From: Thecamonas trahens ATCC 50062
Lineage: Eukaryota; Protista; Apusomonadida
Direction: 5' to 3'
Assembly: GCF_000142905.1 (NCBI RefSeq)
Contig: NW_013657656.1
Coordinates: forward strand, 1 to 64,000
DNA length: 64,000 bases
The position numbers and the translations under genes were made by a program. Of the stretch, positions 14,001 to 24,041 are shown piece by piece (position 1 is the first letter of the stretch; each line of letters begins with the position of its first letter). The notes beneath the pieces were generated by a model, which was not told where the DNA came from, ran no database searches, and worked only from the letters and a program-made list of their open reading frames with translations.

Positions 14001-16172
14001 CTGGCCCATGTTCTGGTTGAGCATCGCTACAAAGAGGCTTGGCCCGATCGAAATCGAGATGTGGATCCAACCTGGCTTGTCGGCCTGCATCCAGATTGAC
14101 TCGTGGGAAATAGACCCCTGCGTTGGGCCTCCCACCGAGTTCGACGCTGGCTTGTATGCCACCGTGATCTGCGACGAGCTGTCGATCATCACCGCTAGCG
14201 CAAGATCTGAAGTCTCTGGATCGACCGCAGAAAACAGCATGACAGCGCCAGTGCATCCCGTGATATCGATGTCGGCCTCCAGCGTCATCTCCTGTCCGAT
14301 GTCAAGCGTTGAGCCTGGCTTGCCAGTCGCAAGTGTGATCGAGCCGGTCGATACGAGACTGTTGGTGCTTCTGCCGCCGCCATCAAACCCGCCACCGCTG
14401 CCAAACCCGCCACCGCCAAATCCGCCGCCGCCGCCAAACCCGCCGCCGCCACCAAACCCGCCGCCGCCAAATCCGCCACCGCCAAATCCGCCGCCGCCAA
14501 ACCCGCCGCTAGCGCTGCCGAATCCACTGCTCTCGCTCGGCTTGCCGAGCTGAAGCACTTTGGACGGCAGCTCGCCTGCCGCCAGCTTGATGGCCAGCGG
14601 CTCGCCATCAAACGCTGGCTCGAGCGTCGGGCCGTCGGTCGGTCGGACGTCGAGGTCTGACACATGAAGCATGACTTCGTCACTCGACTCGCCCGCTGGC
14701 AACGTCGTCACAACTGTCCCGAGCGTACCATCCGACACGAGAAGAACATCCGGCTTGGGGCCATCCGCCTCGTCGGTGCCCTTCTCCTCGTCCTCGCCAC
14801 TGGCTGGCACCACCAGCTCGCCCACAACCGCGAGAGAAACCGGGTCAAGCTCGACAAAGGTTCGCGGGCCGTGGGCGGTCGACGCCGCGAGCAGCCGGCC
14901 ATCCATCGCTGCGAGCGAGAGTCGAGCGCTGCTGTTGCCGTCGCTGTCGCTGTCGCCGCCGTTGCTACCAACGCCAACAGTGACTGACTCGCCGGCATCG
15001 ACCTTGCCCATCGATGCCGTCAGCGCACAGCCGGTAAGCACTGCGCCCGAAGCCACAACAACCGACTCGCTGCCGGGCGTGACCGCGAGCCACGGGCCGA
15101 TGTTTTGCGCCGCCGCCGCCGCCGGTGCAACGCCTGGCGAAACTGCCATTGGCGAGACGCCCTTGCCCGGAAACTCAAACGAGATTGGCCGCACCCGCGC
15201 CGCGAGCTTGCGGAGCGACGGTGTGACTGCCAGCGCCAGGTCGGCGCCACCAAGCCCCGCCGGTGGGTCAATGAGCGCCTGCAGCGCGTCCAGCATCGAG
15301 GTGAGCGAGCCGCGCGCAACCGCGAGTGCCACCAGCGTCTCCAGAGCGTCCAACGCCAGCTGCGGTGTCGGCATGCTCGTCACCATTTCGACGGCGGCCT
15401 GCGCCAGTGCGTCGAGCGCCACGTCCGAGCCCTCGAACAGCTTATCGCCGTACGCCGCCGCCGGCACGCTCGCCAGCTTTGTCTTGAGCAGGGCAAGCGC
15501 GTCGGCGCAGAGCTCGGGCGCGCCTGGAGCCGCCTGCCGCAGCAGGCCCAAAAGCAGCCGCACCCCGACGTCAAGCGCGTCGCGCGCGAGCATCGTCGCT
15601 GCCCTTCCGCGGCTCGCCACCGCCAGCGACTGGTACGACTTGCTGTTCCGCGACTTGGCCTCCGAGCGGTATGCGCGATACAGCGCAGCAAGCACCGCCG
15701 CCCGCTTCGACGCCAGTACCTCGTACGACGACCGCAGCGAGTGCGACCCGTCCGCCAGCGCCGTCAGCTCGCGCGAGAGCACCGCCAGCCGCGCCTGCAC
15801 CGCGTGGTCGCTCGACTCGAGTCCGGCCCCAAGCCCACACGCCAGGTAGCCATGCGCAGACTCGGTCGCCACCTGTGACGCCAGAGCCCCAATGGGCACA
15901 ACGTCACCACCATCATCCTCATCGCCGCCACCATTCTCCCCGCCACCATTCTCCCCGCCACCACCTTCGCTTCTAGACACGCCACCGCTGCTCGACGGCG
16001 TGGCTCCCGACTCGGCCGCAGCCGAAAAAGAAGAAGAAACCGAGGGGAAAGCGGCCACGAAAGAGGCCGCCAGAAGGTTGTCAAGCGGCGTGGAGAGCAG
16101 CCGCTCCGCTGGAAGTGTCGCACTTCCCGACGTGTCATCCATGTCTCCGCGCCCAGACTGGCTAGCCATCAT
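2039..16172 (-). CDS. Giant HECT E3 ubiquitin ligase (~4,710 aa; LamG, CUB-like, PA, UBA-like, SPRY and HECT domains, FG repeats), split by two single-base frameshifts
   Basis: The C-terminal HECT has FLGEGSIDAGGPYRE, PNGRTDVGLNRDKWVPNP, FLKFVWGRTRLP and catalytic LPEAHTCFF. The three ORFs (9366-16499, 3010-9750, 2039-3166) join by adding one base at 9789-9792 and one at 3166-3167. Span 14134 nt + 2 = 4712 codons. Start MMASQSG at 16172. Confidence 0.88.
7861..8340 (-). repeat. Coding tandem repeat, 48 bp x10, encoding FSFGAA(PAAP/HETS)AEGSGG
   Basis: gcaccaaacgagaac recurs every 48 bp, giving 10 FSFG motifs in the HECT protein. Confidence 0.95.
14376..14525 (-). repeat. Coding GGGFG repeat tract
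   Basis: Translation GFGSASGGFGGGGFGGGGFGGGGFGGGGGFG... in the HECT ORF. Confidence 0.9.
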
Positions 16173-16754
16173 GGTTACGGTTGGAGACGTGAGTTGAACT
16201 TGGGTTGGTCTGCGGGGGAAGGAGAAGGGAGGGAGAGAGGGGGGGAGGATCGACACGCAGACCATTAGCCACTCGTGCCATGTAAGCATGGGCTTGTCAC
16301 ACATGCTACTTGTCAACGTCCAAAGAAACCTGTCCGGTGCCGACTCTGGCTCGGTCCAACACCCACGTCCAGCCACGCAGCGGGCTCCGAGCGTTTGCCA
16401 GAGGCCCTCGATGCTCTTCTGTGCCCTTTCACTGACGTCGGCCACATGCTCCCGCGACGGGGGCCAGTCCGTTCGTCTTCTTGATCGCGTCGCCAGCACC
16501 CCTCACCAACATCCAGCTCCACTCAACCTGGCCAGACCCAGAGCCACATCATCACACATCGGTACGCCCAGTGCGGGGGGCTACCTGCGGAGAAATCCCA
16601 TCGGCACCGCATTTGAGTGGAAGCAGTCGTCGATGCCACGTAGGATGCGGGAGCGACAAAATGTCAGCTTGCCAGACTCAAGCCCTGGACCGCTGACCGA
16701 CAGCCACACGTCACCTCCAGCTACGCCGACGCAGCCACCCCGCATTGACGCACC

Positions 16755-17464
16755 ATGGCCGAGACTACTTCCCCTACTCTTTATGCGCTTTGCTGGATCT
16801 GGATGGCACGCTGCTCGATACCGAGCCGCTGTCGGACATTGCCCTCAACCAGGTGCTCGAGCCGCACGGTGCAGCCATGAACGTGGCCGTCAAGAACACC
16901 ATCGTCGGCACGGCGGCGCCGGACTGGTCGGCATACCTGGTCAAGGTCTTTGAGCTCGAGGGTAAGGTCACGCCCAAAGAGATCGTGGCCGGCTGGGACG
17001 CAGCCATGGCCAAGCTGACGCCGACCGCCGCTGTCATGCCGGGCGCGCTCGAGCTCATGGCCGCCTTCCGCGACGCAGGCGTCCCGATGTCCCTCTGCAC
17101 CTCGTCCAAGGCCTCGTCGGTGGCGGTCAAGGAGTCGACCAAGGCTGACATGTTTTCATTGTTCTCGGCACGGGTGTGCGGCGACGACGCCGAGCTGAAG
17201 AACGGCAAGCCGGCGCCGGACATCTTCCTGCTTGGCGCCAAGCGCCTTGGCCTCGATCCTACCACCTGTGTCGTGTTTGAGGACTCGGAGGCAGGCATGC
17301 AGGCCGGTAAGCTTGCCGGGTGCTTTGTTGTCGGCGTCGTGCCCGAGCCTAGCGGTGACATCTCGCGCTTCCAAGCTGACATCCTCGTCGCCTCCATGGC
17401 AGACATCGTCGTCACGCCCGTCAACGGCGGCGGCGTCACACTCTCCACAACGGCCAGCCTATAA
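16755..17464 (+). CDS. HAD-superfamily IA hydrolase (HDHD1/pseudouridine-5'-phosphatase or FMN hydrolase-like)
   Basis: Motif I DLDGTLLDTE, motif II CTSS, GKPAPDIF, VFEDS. The ATG at 16755 (caccATGG) reaches the frame only if TTT at 16789-16791 is T4, giving MAETTSPTLYALLLDLDG. Confidence 0.9.
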
Positions 17465-17491
17465 AGGCGAGTACGCTTCTCGCGAACGCCA

Positions 17492-17742
17492 TCAATCAAA
17501 GTGCGATGCAAAGAGAACCCAAACGTGGGCCTCGTCGTGCAGCTGCGAGGCCATGATGGCCTCGCTAGCATCCAGGTGCGGGCCGTCAACAGTCTCCATC
17601 CGCATCTCCACCGGCTCGCCCAGCCGTGCCCCACGATCACCACCATGCCGAGCCATAGCCACGTTTGCCAACCACCGCACCGCCTGAACTCCCGTCCCAG
17701 TCTCTACAGGATACGTGGCGCCGTCGAGATGGACCTTTTCAT
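17492..17742 (-). CDS. Small protein (~83 aa) resembling the Par3/HAL N-terminal ubiquitin-like fold
   Basis: VHLDGATYPVETGTGVQAVRWLANVAMARH...LHDEAHVWV. The ATG at 17742 needs one extra A in the A4 run (17736-17739). Confidence 0.55.
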
Positions 17743-18012
17743 GCCCGGCCCGGCCCGGCCCGCCCACACCAGCCCGCCCGCAGGCACGCAACCACCACCG
17801 CCCGCCCGCCCCACCCAACCACAACACCTGCAGGTGAGTCCGCTGTCACCTTACACCCCCGCCCTACGCCAGGCACCCGTGGCCACACATACGCTCTCCA
17901 ACACATACGTAAACAAGCATGCCAGTGCGCCGCGTCAAGTGCTCCGCCCCCCGCCCCCGCCCCTCTCTCCGCTTCCTGGTGCGCGATTGCGCCCGCACCC
18001 ACGCTCATCATA

Positions 18013-20952
18013 TCATGCCGTTTGATGCTGTGGTCCGGGACTCGGCCCGGTTCCGCTACCAGCCCCGCCGCCGGTGTTGGGGGAAATAGCATCGCGGAGC
18101 GGGGCTGCCACCATGCCAGCTACCGAGAAGATCGAGCCGGTGTCGAGGCCGTGTCGCTGGGCAAGGGCCGAAACCGCTTCGGGTGTGGGCGAAAGGAGGT
18201 ACGTCGAGCCCTGGCCAAAGAGCGCCGTCGATCCGGCGTTGGGGACAACGAGGGGCGCGAGGCCGTAGCCGGATCCGGCGGCTGCCTGCGTGCTGGTGGT
18301 CTGCGACTCACCCGACGCCGACGCTGGTGGGGGCGGAGGCGGAGGCATCGGGCCGGCACTCGCCAGCTCGGCCTGCGCCTGCATCTCCATCATGCGCTGC
18401 TGCTGCTGCTGCGATGATGCCGCCGCCTGGCTCCGCGCCAGCAGCTGCTGCTGGTGGTGCTGGATGGTGACGGCGGCGGCCTGTAGGGTCTGGTGCGAGT
18501 TGCCGCCGCTGGGGGTCCAGCGATGACCGGCTTGAGCGGCGATGTGCGGAAGGCGGTGGTTGCGGCGGCAGCGGGCTGAAGACGCAAGCGCTTCTGGCGC
18601 TCGAGGCGGTTGTTGATGGCAGCAGCGAGGGCAGCAGCGCCGCGGTTCATGCGGGCAAGATTCTTGACGGTCCCGGCCGAGGTCTGTTCGGCCTCGACAT
18701 CGAGCGAGTCGATGTTGGCCAGGTCGCGCGAGAGCTGTGCAGCGGTCGCCTGTGGGTTGTATGGGACCGGATGGTAGAGGATGAACGATGGGTCGCGAGT
18801 ATGCCGGAACGCCACGTACTTGACCATCTTGTCCACACGGGTGCACGACGAGTGCTCGACGGCGAGCCCGGTGAGCGAGCGCCAGCGACGCGGTGGACCC
18901 CATGGGATGTGCTTGATACGCGGGGCGACTTCGCGGGCAAGGAGCTGCGGTCCGCCGGACGAGAGGAGCTTGCGGCGCTTGGCGGTCGGGTGGACCGAGG
19001 TGTCGAGCCGTGGGAGCGAGAGCCGGCGCGTCCGCGAGCCTGGCGAGGCCTCCACAGCCTGGGCCAGGCCCGAGATGTCGGTTGGTGCCGGCTGCGACTG
19101 GGCGTGTGGCGAGCCGTGGTCCAGCGACGACGACAGGCCAATCGCTGTGGTGTACGACACACCGAACGGTGGCTCCAACGGGACGCCCGAGAACTCGCTC
19201 ACAGTGCCCGGGCCCGACGAGCCAGTGGTGGAGAGCGGTGAGAACATCGACGCCGTCGATGAGCCTGTCGATGGCGGCGCAACCGGCTCGAGCGACGAGT
19301 CGACAATGATAAATTCGCCCATGACCGGCTCAATGGGCGCAGGCAGCTTGTCGGTCACACGAATGACATACTCGCGGTTGCCGATCTTCTGCGAAAAGAC
19401 GAGGCCGCCGTACAGGTCGTCGCGGACCCGGTAGAGTGACCGGAGAAGCTGAACGTAGAACCGCTTGGCCATGATGTCAAACTGGAGGTTGTGGTCGAGC
19501 GCGTCCGGACGCTGCGGCTCGACAAGCGACGGCGAGAACCGCGAAAATGCCTCCTGCGTGAGGTTGAGGAACCCGCCGCCGGGCGACCGCATCACGCCTG
19601 GGTAGTGATCGGGTGCCGGCGAGGTAAAGCCCGAGTGGCCGGGCGTGCCTGCCGCATCCCAGTGTGGTGGCGAGGCAAACGGGAGCCGCGGCGAAGCTCG
19701 CGGCGACGACCGCGGCGAGCCGCCACCGGGCGCGCCCGGCCCGGCCCCGTGCTTCCGCTTGCGCATCGCCATCAGCCCGGCGTGCGCCACCGCTGCTGCC
19801 GCACTGGCCATCGCCATCGTCGTCGTGTTGACCATGGCACTCACGGATGGGCTTGTCGGCCGCGAGTTGGTCCGCGACCCGGGTTGCGACATCGGCCGCG
19901 AGTTGGAGACCGCCAGCAGAACCGACGATGCCTCGACCTCGGCCTTGGACACCGGGCCACGCGGCGCCGCGTTGCTCCGCGGCGGGCTAGACTTGACCGC
20001 CTGCGCCGACCCCGACCGCGCTGTCGCCACTGCTTCTGCCGCCGCCATGCCGGTAGCAGCATTACTCGACGCAATCGATGCCGACGACCGCCCTGCCTGC
20101 GGCGCTCGACTAGCAGATGACACCGATCGCTTGCTCGCCGACTTATTGCTCGCCGAACGCTTGGCAGACTCTTTCCCAGCCGACGTACCCGATGCCGACT
20201 CGGAGCCCTTGCCCTTGCGCTTGTCCGCCGGATAGTAGACCGGCTTGCGTGAGATGAGCGCGAGTCTGTCCTTGGCATCGGGCTGAAAGTTGACGTGATG
20301 GAACCAAAGCCGATTGTCTTGCTTTCGCGTCTTGAACGAGTACTACCAACACGTGCCCGCCCAACCACCGCATGCCCGCCCAACCACAACCATGGCGTCC
20401 ACCAAGCGCACCATGCCCCACATGAGTACCACACCAGCATTCAACGCATTCAACGCATTCAACGTCCGTACTCTCTATGTCTTACACGCCACACAGGAGG
20501 CTGCCTGCCGGCCAGCGGGTGACGGAACAACTGAAAACGCAACAAAAACGTTCTGCGGGATTGGGCCAGCGAGGCTTTCGCTCGAGCCACATGGCGACTG
20601 GCACGAGGGGAGGGAGGGGGGGGATAAAGGGGGGAGAGGGGAGGACGGGGGGGGGGGGGGGCAAAGGGGATGGATACATAGTATGAGAGGGAGGGAGAAG
20701 GGGGGATGGAAGGGAAGGGGCGGAGAGCAGGGGACATACCATGTTCAGCTGGCGGGAGAAGGAGCCCACATTGCCGTGCTTGTAGTACTTGCGCAGCTCA
20801 GTTGCGGCTGCGGCAGGGTCAGACAGCTCGATGTAGCCCTCAAAGCCGATGCCTTCCTCGGGTTCGTCTGACCAGCCTACCACACCAGAGGTACATGTAG
20901 ATATCATAGTGTATGCAGACTGCAGGAACCGCGTCACCTTTGGCTTGCCCAT
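18013..20952 (-). CDS. HSF: Heat-shock transcription factor (HSF DNA-binding domain); exons 20952-20740 and 20342-18013; frameshift at 18511-18515
   Basis: FLQSAYTMI...VGWS...LRKYYKHGNVGSFSRQLNM|YSFK...WFHHVNFQPDAKDRLALISRK. The GTATGT...TAG splice is in frame with ORF 18390-20123. The Q-rich tail lies in ORF 18013-18903. Confidence 0.85.
20343..20739 (-). other. Spliceosomal intron in the HSF DNA-binding domain
   Basis: Donor ATG|GTATGT and acceptor GTAG|TAC. Removing it restores RQLNMYxF. Confidence 0.85.
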
Positions 20953-21099
20953 GCCTACTCGCTCTCTCTGCCGTGCTCCCTTTCCCCCCCAAAGAGCAAT
21001 GTTGACCAGCGAACCGAGTGTCGCCCACCGACCGACCGCCGCCGACTTGCCGACCACCACCCACCGACGACGAAGACCCACACGCACACCACCACACCA

Positions 21100-21101
21100 C
21101 C

Positions 21102-21143
<42 letters not shown>

Positions 21144-21177
21144 GATACACACACACATATACATACATACACACACG
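21100..21177. repeat. (CA)n/(CATA) microsatellite in the 226-bp HSF/TCTP divergent promoter
   Basis: Long CA run directly upstream of the TCTP ATG. Confidence 0.9.
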
Positions 21178-21178
21178 A

Positions 21179-21884
21179 ATGATCATATACCACGACTGCC
21201 TCTCAAGTACGCCTCCCCCCCCTCCCCCCGCCCCCCCCCCCCTCCCAACCCCTCTCAACCCCACACACACACAACACGCACTTACAGGGAGAACACGTCA
21301 CGGCACGGTAGACGCGGAGCTGGTATCGGATGCGTTCAAGCTGACCGAGGTTGATGGATGTGTGTACGAGGTCGAGGGCAAGTGGATTACGGTTGCGGAC
21401 GGCGTCGCTGGGGATGCAAGCGATGGCAATGCCGAGACTGGCGCTGATGCCGGCTCGGCTGTCGCCGCGGATGCCGGTGCTCGTGTGCAGACCTGGGTTG
21501 CAGGCGCTGACGCCGGTGCTGATGTTGATGACGATGCTGACACGGTTGCCGACACCAACTCGGTCTCGGCCATCGATGTTGTGCACATGTTCAAACTGCA
21601 GGAGACGTTCTACGACCGCTCTACCTACCGGCTCTACTTTAAGGGCTACATGCGCCGGGTCCGAGCTTTCCTCGAGGCCAATCGGCCCGACGAGGTCGAC
21701 CAGTTTGTCAAGCGCGCGCCGCTGTTTGCCAAGTCGGTCCTCGCCAACATCTCCGACTGCCAATTTTCGTTGGCGAGGACTTCAACGCCGAGGCCATGAC
21801 CGTCATCTGCCTCTACAAGCCAGACGCGCCCGCCACGCCGTTCTTCTACTTTTCAAGCATGGCCTCGTGGCAAGGAAGGTCTGA
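21179..21884 (+). CDS. TCTP: Translationally controlled tumour protein (TCTP); intron 21207-21311; two single-base frameshifts
   Basis: MIIYHDCLS|NAELVSDAF...VYEVEGK...IDVVHMFKLQETFYDRSTYRLYFKGYM. Adding a T at 21764-21767 and at 21850-21853 gives QFFVGEDFNAEAM...PFFYFFKHGLVARKV*. Confidence 0.9.
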
Positions 21885-22743
21885 CAAGGGGCAAGATGTC
21901 CACATCGCCCCCATCGCCCTCTCCGCCACCTCCTCCCTCCGCCACCTCCTCCTCGCTCTCCTCCGCCGCATCGACGTGGCGGAGGCCACCCTCTCCCGCA
22001 ACCATCCCCATCACCGCATTCCACCTCTAAGCGGTCCACACATCCCCACACCCCCTACCCACAACATAGACTACCCACACACTTGATCTACAACCGTTCT
22101 CCTCCATCTGTGCACCCATCGCGGGCAGAGGGCGTGCGATGCACACGGCACGCCCCGGCAAACGTTCGAATCGAAGCTTGGCACGAGGAGCGACAATAAA
22201 ACTCCGCACGCCCGCCAGCTCAGACGAGCCGTCATCCCAGCTCCTCACCCGCACCGGCACACTGCTCTTGCTCCGCACGGCTCTGTCCACCTCTTCTTTC
22301 TTGCGAACCGTTTCTCGGCCTTCGCAAGGTTAGTGACTAAAACCCCTCCTTGGTGCCTTCCCTCCCGCACCTTGAAGGGTCATCTGTCCACGTCCTCGAC
22401 GCCTTCCACAGCTCGAGTTCGTCCCCTCCCCCCCTCTGTTCTGCTACGGACGGCTTTGGTAGTTTCTCTGCCGCCAGCCCTCCTCCGCCACCCACCCACC
22501 CTTCCCACTCGCCACCTACCCCCTCCCACCCACCCTTCAACCACCCCTTCCCCACCCCAACTCCACTCTCTCCCGCCATACACCATGGCGGTCATCTCCC
22601 TGTAACCCACCCGGTTGCCCCCATCCACCCACACCTACCCGCCTCCCCCACGCTCTCTCCAAAACCCCCGCACATCCATCCATCCCGTCCACCACCTCAA
22701 TTTGAAGCCACTTTCGCATCTCGCCCTCCATCACCTACCGATC

Positions 22744-23580
22744 ATGACCGTCGTTCCGTCTAACTCGGCTCTTCCGCCGTCCACGTCCTCCTCTGTCACT
22801 TTTGACATCAACACCAAGCCTTGCTCGCACCCGCAGCTCCCGCGTGAGCAGTCCATCGCCCCGCCGCCGGCCATCCTCTCAGTCGAAGAGCTCGCCGCCA
22901 TCTCGTCGGCGGGCGTCATCAAGATCATCGATGGCCTCCTCGGCCCGCGTGTCAACTCGGGCGCAGCTTCGCTGGAGGCTAACCTGACCTGGCTGGTCGA
23001 ACGGACCCAGCTCTCCATGGGTGCCCTCCTCTCCGCCGCCGTCTACCTCGACCGCTTCCTCGCTAAGCACTCCCGGACCCGCTTCCGTGAGCCCATGCGC
23101 CCGCTGGTCACATGCCTCGTCCTTGGCATGAAGTATGCTGAGGACGCTGTGTACTCGAACGCAACCTGGGCCAACCTGCTCGGCATCCCGCTCGCAAAGC
23201 TCAACAAGTGCGAGGTCGAGTTCCTCGGCTACCTCGAGTTTGACCTCTACATCGCCGATCAGGTCTTTGCCTCCATGGCTGCCCGTGCATGCAAGGCCCT
23301 CGCCGCCGCCGATGCCGACCTCGCCGCCGACGTGGCCCTCACCACTCCGGATGGTGCGCCATCGTCGTCGCACGCTCCGGCGGCCAACCCGGTCCCGGCG
23401 GCCAGCCCGGCTCCCACCGCCAGCCTGTCCCCGGCGACCAACACCAACGCGGATCCGGCTCCGGCCCCGGCTGCCGACAAGGTCAGTCCCGGCTCGTCTC
23501 CCGCTGCCGCCGCAGAGCCGCGCCGCTCCTTCCTCCGCCGCCTCGTTGGCTCGATCAAGTCGTCGCTCCGCTCGGACTGA
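22744..23580 (+). CDS. Pho80/PCL (U-type) cyclin
   Basis: Cyclin box LLSAAVYLDRF...CLVLGMKYAEDAVYSNATWA..LGIPLAKLNKCEVEFLGYLEFDL. Confidence 0.88.
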   Translation: MTVVPSNSALPPSTSSSVTFDINTKPCSHPQLPREQSIAPPPAILSVEELAAISSAGVIKIIDGLLGPRVNSGAASLEANLTWLVERTQLSMGALLSAAVYLDRFLAKHSRTRFREPMRPLVTCLVLGMKYAEDAVYSNATWANLLGIPLAKLNKCEVEFLGYLEFDLYIADQVFASMAARACKALAAADADLAADVALTTPDGAPSSSHAPAANPVPAASPAPTASLSPATNTNADPAPAPAADKVSPGSSPAAAAEPRRSFLRRLVGSIKSSLRSD

Positions 23581-24041
23581 TCGCCGGCTGGCATCTCGCT
23601 CGCCCCCCCCCTTCCCAAGTCGACTCTTAGACCGCCCGTCGTCGCAGCCGCTTCTCGGTTGTGTCCGGTCGGCACGAAGTGGACTTTTTTTGGATTGATC
23701 CTGTGCCCGATTCTTCCCCCACCCTCCCTTTACCCTCTTTCACACACACAGACACACGCACACACCTGCACGCCCGCCTTCTGCGCTCTGTTGGCAAATC
23801 CGTGCTCGTTGCCGGCGTCTTGACGCCGCAATCACGTCCCGATTGGGGTCGCCTTGGCTTTGAGCTCCATCAATGAACATTACATTTTTTTCGCTGGATC
23901 AACCCCCCCCCCCCCCCCCCCCCCTCTCCTCCGACACGCGCCCTCGCTATCTGCAGCAACACACGACAACCTGCGCAACACTTCTCTCTCCAAGTCACTC
24001 CACCCACCCACAGCCCCATCCGACGAGTACGGCCAGCGGCC

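Noticed and set aside
7046-15849. Long plus-strand ORFs opposite the HECT gene, and similar ones at 36970-37995, 40165-41595, 43463-44455 and 57973-58965
   Set aside because: Antisense shadows of GC3-rich genes, with S/T/A- or L/V/D-biased translations.
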